DNA of 64,000 nt from Bispira polyomma. Its lineage: Eukaryota. Of the stretch, positions 11,701-23,700 are shown piece by piece. The first letter of the stretch is position 1. Every line of letters starts with the position of its first letter. The stretch spans positions 78,368,001 to 78,432,000 of the forward strand of contig OZ287752.1 in NCBI GenBank assembly GCA_965649765.1. Direction: 5' to 3'. Below the pieces are notes generated by a model, which saw nothing but the letters and a program-made list of their open reading frames with translations, did no database searches and was not told where the DNA came from. A program made the translations under genes and the position numbers.

Positions 11701-14700
11701 TCTCGACTGCCACTGACGCTGCTCAGGACAATTTTTTCTTTAGAAAAAGAAGACATTCACCTTCTTCTGAGAGTGAGTTGTCTGAAGATTATCAGGAAAG
11801 AGACAATCAAGACACTGAAAAGAAACCAAAGTATCTGGATATCATAGACACTTTGAAAAAATGGTTCAACCTGGAGGTGGAGAATGTTGATCCATTAGTT
11901 CCACCATCAATCTTTTCTACTAGAAATTTGGACAAGAGGACTTCTCAGGCTTCATTGGCATTGCCTCCTGCCCTGGAATTGTAGATCTCTGGAAATTCAA
12001 GGAATGTTCAGCATCAGGTTCATCAACATCAGACAAAGATACTTCCAGGCAACATGCACCTTTGTTTAAGGCTCAGTTTTTACCTTTCACTAGACCAAAC
12101 ATGAAATGGTATCAGCTGTCACCCAGGGTACAAGATGGTTTCAAAAACATTACATTTCTACCTTATTCTGCACCAACCTCAGTCTCAGCACCACTGAAAA
12201 GTTATCAACTGTGGGAGACGGTTAATAGGGAAAATTTACAGATTCTTAATCACATTTACTGGTTCAAAAATGCTGTGGGCAAGGCCACTACTGAGATGTC
12301 AGTTGAGCTAGACAAGATTAAGTCATCAGAGTCTCAGGAAGACATTGCACAGAGCTTGGACTATCTTCAGAACTGCTTACACTTACAAAACTCTGTTATG
12401 AAATGTATGGGTAAGTCATTGGATGATGTTCTGGACTCTACCATGACACTAGCTTCAAATCTCTTGCTTAATAGGAGGGATCATTATCTCAAGCTATGTA
12501 ACAAAAAAGTGACAGATCAGGACATTACCACTTTAAGGAATACCTCTCTCACTCAAAAGGAACTATTTTTGCCTAAGACTCTAGCTGAAGTAGAACAAAA
12601 CTTCATTAAGTGGTCTCAGGTCAGTAGAGACACCAGGGAACCTGCTTTCAAAAGACAAAATAGACAAGGTTCTTCAGCAAATTCTTCAGATACCAGGCAG
12701 GATTACTTTTCAAATCAGAATAGATATCAGAATGCTGCCTTTCAGTCGAGTTATTTTCGCCCCAACAACAAAAATCAGGCCGAATCGAACAAAAGACAAG
12801 GTTATCCTACTACCAGAGGTTCCTCCAGAGGTGGTAGAGGAGGAAGGAGGAAGTGACTCCTTGAAGGTAAGGCCTATGCTTCCAGGAGCTCGTTTAAAGG
12901 ACTACTGGGAAGTATGGGCACATTTAAAAGCACATCCGAGAATTATCCGGATTCTCAGAGAGGGATATTGCCTGCCATTCAAAAATTTGCCTCCCCTGTC
13001 AAATTTTCCAATGGTAAAGAGTTCATATACAAACATTTTGAAACAAACAGTTCTTGAAGAAGCTGTACTACAAATGCTTCAAAAGCGGGCAATCTCCCCG
13101 GTACAAAAACCGAACTCTCTGGGATTTTACAGTCGTCTTTTTCTCGTCCCCAAACCGGAAGAGAAATGGCGACCAGTGATAGATTTGAGCGCAGTAAACG
13201 AATTCTTACATCTTTCAACCTTCAAAATGGAAACTGCAGAGGTAATTCGGACTTCCTTGCAAAAAGGCAAATGGGTAGCAAGTATAGATCTGACAGATGC
13301 TTACTTTCATATACCGATTCATCAAAAATATAAAAAATTCCTGCGTTTCAATGTAGGCGACAAGTCCTACCAGTTCACTGCACTTCCATTCGGCATCGCT
13401 TCGGCTCCTCTTGAGTTCACTCGGGTTGTAAAGGAAGTAAAACTAATTGCTTTAGCTCAAGGTCTTCGAATTCACCAGTACCTAGACGACTGGTTACTTC
13501 GATCAAGGACAAAAGAAGCTTGCTATCGAGATATGCACAGCTTACTTCAGCTTATTCGATCTCTAGGTTGGATAGTCAACCTCAAAAAGTCAGATTTGAC
13601 TCCAACTCAACAGATAGACTTCTTAGGCTATCGATTCGATCTTCAAAGAGGTCTTGTCTTCCCCACTCAAAAGAAAATTCAAAAATTGATTCAGTCTGCG
13701 GTCTCAATTTGCGATTGTCGATTTACAACACCAAGGAAACTCATGTCCCTCATAGGAGTCATGGCTTCTTTGGAAAAGATGGTGCCACTGGGCAGGATCC
13801 ACATGAGACCCTTCCAGTGGTTCCTCAAGTCGAGTTGGCGATTTCCCCAAACTCTAGACATAAGCATTTCGATCACCCAAGTTCTCAGACATCACCTTCA
13901 GTGGTGGCTGACTCTAGACAATCTCACCAAGGGTTCCCCGTTACATCCTCTAGAACACAATGTACTTCTGTTCACAGATGAATCGGAGAACGGTTGGGGT
14001 GCCCACCTAAAAGATTCAAAGGTTTGGGCAGTTTGGCAACCTTTAGAAAGAAGTTTGCATATCAATATTTTAGAGCTAAAGGCTGTATTTTTAGCTCTAA
14101 AGTATTTCAGAAAAGAAGTTATGGGGGAAATGGTCCTCATATCTTCAGACAACTCGACAGTCATGTCGTACCTCAACAAACAGGGAGGTACTCACTCTCT
14201 AGAGTTGTGTGCCCTGACCTGGAGGATAATGGTTTGGTCGAATGCCAGAGGAATCCAGATCAGAGCGAAACACATACCAGGGAATCTGAATGTTATAGCA
14301 GATTCTCTGTGCAGGGGGGACAAGACCATTCAGACCGAGTGGTCTTTACATCCTCAAGTGTTCAGACTGATTTGCCAAACCTGGTACACCCCAATGGTGG
14401 ACATGTTTGCGACCAGTCTGAACAAGAAGCTTCCAATGTACATTTCCCCTGTCCCAGACGATCAGGCTTGGGAAATCGATGCATTGAGCATATCCTGGGA
14501 GGCTCTGGACGGCTGTGCCTTTTGTCCAGTGGCAATCATCCCAAAGTTGGTTCAGAAAATGGTCACCTACAGCATGATTGTGATAGCACCAGGGTGGCCA
14601 GGGATGTCGTGGTTTTGGGACCTGGTCGATCTGTCGACCAGACCACCGCTTCATCTTCCCCTGTGGCCAAGACTGTTAAAGCAGCCATTCGGGAACAGAT

Positions 14701-17700
14701 TCCATCAGAATCTCGAGTTCCTGAATCTGCATGTGTGGCACCTGGATTCCAGATCCAAGAAACCAGGGGATTCTCTCATGAGGTGGCAGACAGAATTAAG
14801 ACACCTCAGAGAGCATCCTCTAGGAAAGTCTATGAATCAAGGTTGTCCATTTTTCAAAAGTAGTGCGGAGAGAGTAAGGTGGACTTCTCAAAGCCTTCTA
14901 TCTCCAGCATAGCTGATTTCCTTATTTATTTATTGAAGGAAAAAGATCTCAAACCTTCTACAACAGCTGGCTATAGAACTGCTATTGCAGATGCTTTGGG
15001 GTCATCTGGGGAAACTGTCCAAGAGTCTAGACTTGAATAGACTTTTGGCCAGTTTCCATAGAGACAAACCATCAGCTAATCGGTCAATTCCTAGTTGGGA
15101 TCTGTCTCTAGTATTACTTACTCTCACTAAGGCTCCCTTTGAACCCTCAGGTAAGGCTTCTTTGAAACTCTTGACCTTTAAGACGGTTTTTTTTATGGCC
15201 CTAGCCTCAGGAAGGAGAAGGAGTGAAATCCATTTTTGGACTTTCAACTCCTTCAGTAGGAAGAATAACTGGTCAGAGGTGACTTTTTGTCCTTCTCCAG
15301 CCTTTTTGGCTAAGAATCAGCTGGCTTCAGATGGTCCTTTGACTATACAGCAAGTGGTGATTCCAGCTTTGAAACCTACTTTAGATCCTTCATTAATTGA
15401 GGATAAGTCACTATGCCCTGTTAGATCTCTCAGATATTATCTTGACAGGACCAAGGGTTTGAGGAATGGTAAGAACCTTCTGTTCATAGCAATTAAGGAA
15501 GGTTTTACTAAGGATATCTCTAGGGTGACAGTGTCCTCTTGGATTAAACAGACTGTGATTCTCGCTTATCAAGTATCAGATAAGGAGACTCAACACATCA
15601 CACAGGTTAAGGCCCATGATGTAAGGTCCATGGCGGCCTGATTAGCCTTTAGAGGGGGAGTGGCTCTAGATGAGATTTTGTCCTCCTGTTACTGGAGATC
15701 TCACTCAACCTTTACGAATTTTTACCTTAAGGATGTGTGCTGGCACAATGGGGATATTATCAAGTTAGGGCCCATTGTAGCTGCTCAACATATTGTAAAC
15801 CCTTAAGTGAGTTTAAACTTATTCTTTGTGTTTTTTCTCAAGAATATGTTTTACCATTTATTTGTCATTGCAAATTTTAAGTGATTAATTTCATATGACT
15901 TATACTTGTCTTTCTTCTGTTTTGTAGATGATCAGAAGTTCCTGTAAATAGTGTACAGAATTGTTTTTTGGATCTTAGACAGTTGATTGGCAAATGTTTG
16001 GCGTGCATATCTTTAAGATGCATTGGTATTGGTATGCATGACTTTATGATGCATGGGATTGGAGTGCATACAGTTCAAGATGCACAGACTTCTTTCTTTG
16101 AAGTGCATGGTTGGAAGATGCACCTAGTATTCACAGACAACCAGGAAATTGTTAAGGTTGGTGCCATACAATTTTTCTGTTCTCTTTGTTTAATAATCTT
16201 TACTGTAAGGACATAGCTTTATCTTACTTCAGTTTTGAATTATTATGTCACTAGGAATTACCAGTGAATTTTTAGTCTGTGTTATGAATACTTTCCCACC
16301 TTCAGATATGGCTGAAATCAGCTATTGTTAGGAAATAGTAAGGGCAATTTTCGCTATAAAATTGCCAAATTTAAAAATTAATTTTAAATTTTATTAGATA
16401 ATTACTTACTATTTCCTAACAAGGAAGAGTCCCTCCCTACCATCCCCGCAAGTTAAGTCTTCACAATGGTCTTGCTTGCAACAAAAATGATGAGGTTTGC
16501 CGCCTATTAGCTACCCATGTGACTTATTATTAAGGGGGGGACTGACCATTGTCCACTACACAGACCTTAAATTCACTGGTTATGCTTAAGGTAGCATAAA
16601 ACGTTTATCTTCGTTGGCCAGTGAATTGGACGGCTCCAACACATAAGCTATTGTTAGGAAATAGTAAGTAATTATCTAATAAAATTTAAAATTAATTTTT
16701 AAATTTGGCAAATTAGTGTTGATTTCGATATCAAACTAGCAACTAAGGGATTGATTTTGAAATGTGGACCTGGTAAACAATGAATATTTGACTATGTATG
16801 TATGACTCCTCGCTCTCTAACCCCCAGACACCAGCAGGCTGTCATTGGGGGGTGATACAGGAAGGAAGTCATCTGGTGACGTCAGCAGGGCAAGCAGTGC
16901 CGCCTCTAGTAGAGAAAGTAGCCATGAGTTCATGAAGTACCACCCAGGTACCACATTTTTTTTCTTTTCATATATTTTTTGACATACATTAAGCACAATT
17001 CCCCAAAAAACATTCTTACAATACAAATAGGACAAAAAGATAACAAGATGTAAATATGAAAATTAAAAAGGACCAGTCAATTAGACAGACCTTACATAAG
17101 TAGTTTGTAAAGTGATACAGTCATTTTCATTTATTGAAAAGTTTTCATATTTCGTACCTGAATAATTCTAACATAAAATCCTTAAGTTTGGTACCAGTCT
17201 TTTTATTTATTGTTACAACAAAGAAACACAATGTTTACATTTGACACTATATTTTCCATTTTCAGTCGGCTCAGTTAATGCATTGAAATGTTGTTTAACA
17301 TGTTCGAAAACTGAAATACTCCCTCTTTTTCTAAACATTTGAAAAAGAGTATTCACTAGAATGAAGGTGTCACATGTCATTGTGGTTTATATACTTACTG
17401 TTGGGAGTCACTCACTTGTCCAGTGAGAACAATGGACCTTTAGTAAACTAGAGCAGCCCTAAATTATAAAATAGTTTTAAGCAGTTGGTATTTTAAATGG
17501 TATTCCTCTAAAAAGGTATTTATGCAGCTGAGAATCACAGAAACTATTTAAAAAGTATTTTTAAAATATTAAATTCTTTTCTTGATGTATTTAAATGCAA
17601 ATGCCAATACTTTTCAATGTAAATTTTTAATAAAATTATTTAAATGCATTTCCATTTGACCTCCATGTCTGACTTATAGCTTCAGCGACGAGGGATGCGG

Positions 17701-20700
17701 CACCTGACAAACCAAGTAATTACCGCGGCCCGGCTTACTGGAATAATGTGGTCCAGCAGAATTACAGTGAGATGTCCAAGCCTAAGGCCGGGGAGGAGGG
17801 TAGTGGACAGAGGGTGTCACATGATCAGGAGATACGGACCATCCAAAGACTGGAGCAAGAGAGAGCGGCCAGGTTAAGTACTGGAAGGTATGGCTTGGGT
17901 ATTGGTATTTGGTAAAGGCAGCAAGGTTTAGTACTGGAAGGTATGTCTTAGTATTTGGTAAGGGCAGCCAGTTTAAGTGCTGGAAGGTATGTCTTGTGTT
18001 TTTGATAAGGCCAGCCAGGTTAAGTGCTGGAAGGTATGGCTTGGGTATTGGTATTTGGTAAGGGCGGCCAGGTTAAGTACTGGAAGGTATGGCTTGGGTA
18101 TTGGTATTTGGTAAGGGCAGCCAGGTTAAGTACTGTAAGGTATGCCTTGGTATTTGGTAAGGGCAGCCAGGTTAAGTGCTGGAAGGTATGTCTTGGTATT
18201 TGGTAAGAGCAGCTAGGTTAAGTACTGGAAGATATGTCTTGGTATTTGGTAAGGGCAGCTAGGTTAAGTACTGGAAGATATGTCTTGGTATTTGGTAAGG
18301 GCAGCCAGTTTAAGTGCTGGAAGGTATGTCTTGTGTTTTTGATAAGGCCAGCCAGGTTAAGTGCTGGAAGGTATGGCTTGGGTATTGGTATTTGGTAAGG
18401 GCGGCCAGGTTAAGTACTGGAAGGTATGGCTTGGGTATTGGTATTTGGTAAGGGCAGCCAGGTTAAGTACTGTAAGGTATGGCTTGGGTATTGGTATTTG
18501 GTAAGGGCAGCCAGGTTAAGTACTGTAAGGTATGCCTTGGTATTTGGTATTTGGTAAGGGCAGCCAGGTTAAGTGCTGGAAGGTATGTCTTGGTATTTGG
18601 TAAGAGCAGCTAGGTTAAGTACTGGAAGATATGTCTTGGTATTTGGTAAGGGCAGCTAGGTTAAGTACTGGAAGATATGTCTTGGTATTTGGTAAGGGCA
18701 GCCAGTTTAAGTGCTGGAAGGTATGTCTTGTGTTTTTGATAAGGCCAGCCAGGTTAAGTGCTGGAAGGTATGGCTTGGGTATTGGTATTTGGTAAGGGCG
18801 GCCAGGTTAAGTACTGGAAGGTATGGCTTGGGTATTGGTATTTGGTAAGGGCAGCCATGTTAAGTACTGGAAGGTATGTCTTAGTATTTGGTAAGGGCAG
18901 CCAGGTTAAGTACTGGAAGGTATGGCTTGGGTATTGGTATTTGGTAAGGCAGCCAGGTTAAGTACTGGAAGGTATGGCTTGGGTATTGGTATTTGGTAAG
19001 GGCAGCCATGTTAAGTACTGGAAGGTATGTCTTGGTATTTGGTAAGGGCAGCCAGGTTAAGTACTGGAAGCTATGTCTTAGTATTTGGTAAGGGCAGCCA
19101 GGTTAAGTACTGGAAGGTATGTCTTGGTATTTGGTAAGGGCAGCCAGGTTAAGTACTGGAAGGAATGTCTTAGTATTTGGTAAGGGCAGCCAGGTTAAGT
19201 ACTGGAAGGTATGTCTTGGTATTTGGTAAGGGCAGCCATGTTAAGTACTAAAATGTATGTCTTGGTATTTTGTAAGGGCAGCCATGTTAAGTACTGGAAG
19301 ATATGTATTGGTATTTGGTAAGGGCAGCCAGGTTAAGTACTGGAAGGTATGTCTTGGTATTTGGTAAGGGCAGCCAGGTTAAGTACTGAAAGGTATGGCA
19401 TGGGTATTGGTATTTGGTAAGGCAGCCATGTTAAGTACTGAAAGGTATGTCTTGGTATTTGGTAAGGGCAACCAGGTTAAGTATTGGAAGGTATGTATTG
19501 GTATTTGGTAAGGGCAGCCAGGTTAAGTACTGGAAGGTATGTCTTAGTATTTGGTAAGGGCAGCCAGGGTAAATACTGGAAGGTATGTCTTGTGTTTTTG
19601 ATAAGGCCAGCCAGGTTAAGTGCTGGAAGGTATGGCTTGGGTATTGGTATTTGGTAAGGGCGGCCAGGTTAAGTACTGGAAGGTATGGCTTGGGTATTGG
19701 TATTTGGTAAGGCAGCCAGGTTAAGTACTGGAAGGTATGGCTTTGATATTTGGTAAAGGCAGCCATATTAAGTACTGGAAGGTATGGCTTGGGTATTTGA
19801 TAAAGGCAGCCATATTAAGTACTAGAAGGTATGTCTTGTGTATTTGGTAAAGGCAGCCAGGTTAAGTACTGGAAGGTATGTCTTGTGTATTTGGTAAGGG
19901 CACCCATATTAAGTACTGGAAGGTGTCTTGGTATTTGGTAAAGGCAGCCAGGTTAGGTACTGTAAGGTATGGCTTGGTTATTTGGTACAGTGTGTATTTT
20001 TGCAAATCGTTTTATTGCAGCATGTATATTGGTAGGGGTGGGAGGGGTGCAAAAATACAAAAGTTTTGAGAGAAAAATGTCACATATTTTGTGATATCAT
20101 TAAAAAAATATAATAAATTGATGAGTCATATATGAAAATTCAATTAATGATTATAATATGAAAATTTAAACGTGTATTGATATTATTTGGGCAGACTTAA
20201 CATGTAAGATATCACTTCATTGGTGTTAAACAATGTTAAAATATTGTGTTGATGCATAGTAATATTCTGAGTATGTAGTATTCTTTGTTGTACTGTGTTG
20301 TAATATCAGCGTTCGAATATCCCACCTGCCAGCAAGCACATTGCTTACAAGTTTCAGGTTGTGCTTGGCCAGGTTTCTTTACAGAGTTGTAAGCCTATCT
20401 TGCTTCCAAGTTAAGATAAATAGTAAATATAGGAACTTGTTTGATATTTTGAAATAAGTGTTTGTTTAAAAGTTATTGCCAGATATAGTATCATACATCC
20501 ATAAAGGAATATCAATAGCAACTCTGAATATCAATCTTTTGCAGTTTACTGGGCAGGGAACTTTCATCTTGGGGTTGTAAGTTTTAAGAGATTCCAGCCT
20601 GCTGGGTATATAACTTTTTAGTGGTACTTTCAAACACTGTGTAATGTATATATGTTGTAGACAATCACCTGTGGGGATGGGCAGGTCTGAACATAACCAC

Positions 20701-23700
20701 ACACCTGACATCTTTCAACCTCTAGAGCCAGATCAGGTAAGTAACGGTTTGTAGCAGTGATTCTTAGTAGCGGAGCTCCGTTAACAGGTCATTTGGTGCA
20801 GTCCATTTATTGTGTTCACTCATTTATATAGTGTGTGTAAACCCTCAAATATTACCTGAACTTAGAGATTCTGCTATTATTATACTATTGTTGTTTTTTT
20901 TATTCTGACAAATATATAATGGTAACCTGATTTCATAGCCAGGATTTTTTATGTACAGTAGAGCCTCTATTGTCCGAACATTTGTTGTCCGAATGTTTAA
21001 TTTCATGAACATATGTTCAGTCTGTCATAAAAAAATTCTTATTGCTTTATACAAGAATGTCTCTTCCATTTTATGAACCTTCTATTATCCAAACGAAATA
21101 TTGCCCTTTCAACATATTTGTCTAATAAAGGTTCTACTGTGTTTGTTGCTTATTTCAGGATGAAGAATTCAGCCCTCTGAAGCCCAGGAAATCACATTCA
21201 CAATTGACTAGATCAACATCCCCCCAGCATAGGTCACCTGACAAAAGGTCAGGGTCACCTTATGGTGTTAGGTCAGGGTCACCATATGAACGGTCAGGGT
21301 CACCTTATGGAAGGTCAGGGTCACCATATGGAAGGTCAGGGTCACCATACGGAAGGTCAGGGTCACCTTATGGAAGGTCCCATCACGAAAGAGGTCAGTT
21401 ACCATTAGATAGATTAGACAATGAGATCCATTATAGAGTAAAAGACATGGATGGGCAAACCAGGGCACAGGAAGAAGAGTTTGTGTCTGACCGGAGGTCA
21501 AGGTCACCCAGAGGGCATTCTACCATCCATGAATGGAGGTCACCAGAGAATAGGTACGAAAGGAGCAAGTCACCGTTTTATGAGAGGAGTAGAAGTCCCG
21601 TGGGTGAAGGTCATCCGGGGAGGAGGACAAGGTCACCCGATGTACAGGACATGTGGGAGAGGTTCCAGGTGCTACAGGCAGACTCCACTAGTACACCTGT
21701 GAACATAGACCTGGACAAACTGGGCAGTCTGCTACAGAACCCAGTACAACACATGGTGAAACAGATGCAGCATGGGACAGTGTTTGAGAAGGATGAGAAG
21801 AGGCCACTGAGGGTGAACCAGAGCAGGACAGAAGTCACAGGGTCTGAAACCAGGCAGAGTACTGGCAATACAGGGAGAGAGGAGCGTGGGGTCAGAAGAG
21901 AGGAAAGGGGGACTCCTCAAGGTCAAAGGTCAAGCGAAGGTCATAGAAATAGAAGAGAAGATGATAGAGACGATAGAAGAAGAGGAAATGGTGACGATGG
22001 GAGGAAAAAAAAGACGATGGACTATGCAGACATGACAGATGACTCGGAAGAGATCCAACTGGATGAAACAGAGGAAGAAGGAGAGAAGGATAGTGAACCA
22101 CAGAAGAGAAAGATGGCCTGGGTGATAAAAGACGAGGAGTTGCATTCCATCCCAGAAAACAGCACCTTGGACTCCATTAGTTCGGACTTTACAACCTCCA
22201 GTGAGATGGACAGCGACGGAAAAATAGTTACCAAGACAACCAAGAGAAACCTGCCCGGTGATCCTAAGTTACTGCGGCTCCAGCAGAAAATAACCAAGCA
22301 GAAAGAGAAGTACAAGAGGGAGCTGTCTAGGGAACAGAAACGGAAGGACAAGATCTCCAAACTGGAGACCCTCTTTAAGGAGGAAAAAGCTGCCGCAAAG
22401 AACAGGGTTTCGAGAGATGAGAAAACGGCCGATTCCTCTGCAATAACCACGACTACGTGTAAAACTACTAGCACGCCATCTAGTGAGAGATATAGACACG
22501 ATGATACTACACTGGGTGTGTCTAATATAACGTCATCCTCTACACTGACGCAGGGCACTGTGGTATCAGAAGACCTGACTATGGTGACCAGTGAAGCAAG
22601 CCCAACTCTAAAGAAGAATAGAGTGGAGGAGGAAGAACAGGCCGCTTCCGACAACTCCAGCGTGTGTCACTGTTGTCACAAACGTAAACAGCCGAGTCGC
22701 TCAGTGTCGCCACCCAAACACCCGGCCATGAAGAGGAACACCACCGCCCACCACAGTCATTCTGCGTCCCCCGCAAGAAGGGAGAGGAAGAGCAAAGAAC
22801 GACAGGCACAAAGGGGTGAGTATTTGTGTGTGCCTGAATATTGTATTGAGATTTGTTTTTTTTCGCTGGGTATCTGTACTAATGTCTCTCTATACCTCAA
22901 AAATTATATTGGCTTCCTATTCACTATTGAATTCTGTTTAAAGTGCATGTGACCACTTTCAAAGCCGTTAATTTCATAACAGCCCTCCTACCTTGCTGCT
23001 CGCCTTTTCCTACAACAACCTTTAAGAGAGGGGAAAGAGACTTTCTGTTTTTTTTGTAAGACCCACCAAGAAAGCTGACTCGAGAGCTTTCTGTATTGCT
23101 GCCCTTATTTTATAGAATGGTTCTCTCAGTTGAGCTAAGATCATTTGGAACACTATCTGGGTTTAGAAAAAAAGCTTAAAACCTATCTCTTTAAACTCAC
23201 TTACCTCCTATAGAGAGACCACCTTTACAGAGAGACCACCTAATAGAGAGACCACCCTGTATAGAAAGATCACCTTAATAAAGAGACCACCCTGTATACA
23301 GACCACAATTTCATTTCCCAAACACTGATGTTTAAAAATATTCAACCCCTACATAAAAACCAGCTGTCAATAAAGACCACTTTTCAGGGCCCTCTTGAGT
23401 GGTCTTATTTACACGTTTCACTGTAGTTTCCAAATCAAATGAGCTTATTCTACCCATGCCCAAAAACTTGCACAGCCAAAATCGAAATCGGTTATCTTGG
23501 AAGAAAGTTAACTTGTGAAAATGATGAAAATTTGAGTAGTATTTAATATATTCAGTGTTTAACTGCAGCCATTGCATTTTCTTGATTTCCGTTAGTGACA
23601 AATATATTGTGTGCAGTCTTACACTTTATTTCTAGAATACTCAAGAAGTGAGCAATCTTCAAATATTATACTGTGAAAATGATGAAGTACCAATACATGC

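Larger units (their letters stand above)
10811..16711 (+). mobile_element. Full-length DIRS1-like retrotransposon, copy 2, in an ALMS1 intron
   Basis: Inverted LTRs at 10811-~11019 and 16479-16711; ICR at 16320-16422 is complementary to both outer ends; gag, RT/RNaseH/MT and YR present; no TSD seen. Confidence 0.96.

Noticed and set aside
15639-15641. Selenocysteine recoding of the shared TGA
   Set aside because: The expected residue is Ser rather than Cys, and I could not identify a SECIS element by eye.
14390-15806. Phage or bacterial integrase plus methylase (HGT or contamination)
   Set aside because: Both are standard DIRS1 components inside LTR/ICR boundaries within a spliced host gene.
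10800-16725. Target-site duplication around DIRS copy 2
   Set aside because: The flanks GTGTAT(T) and ATTAGTG show no clear duplication, as expected for YR-mediated integration.
17864-19987. CRISPR array, or protein-coding ORFs within the minisatellite
   Set aside because: Units abut without unique spacers, there are no cas genes and the context is eukaryotic. The short ORFs are just translations of the repeat.
21268-22809. Antisense ORFs over the large ALMS1 exon (and over TRANK1 and DIRS ORFs)
   Set aside because: Shadow frames of low-complexity or coding sequence with no recognisable motifs.
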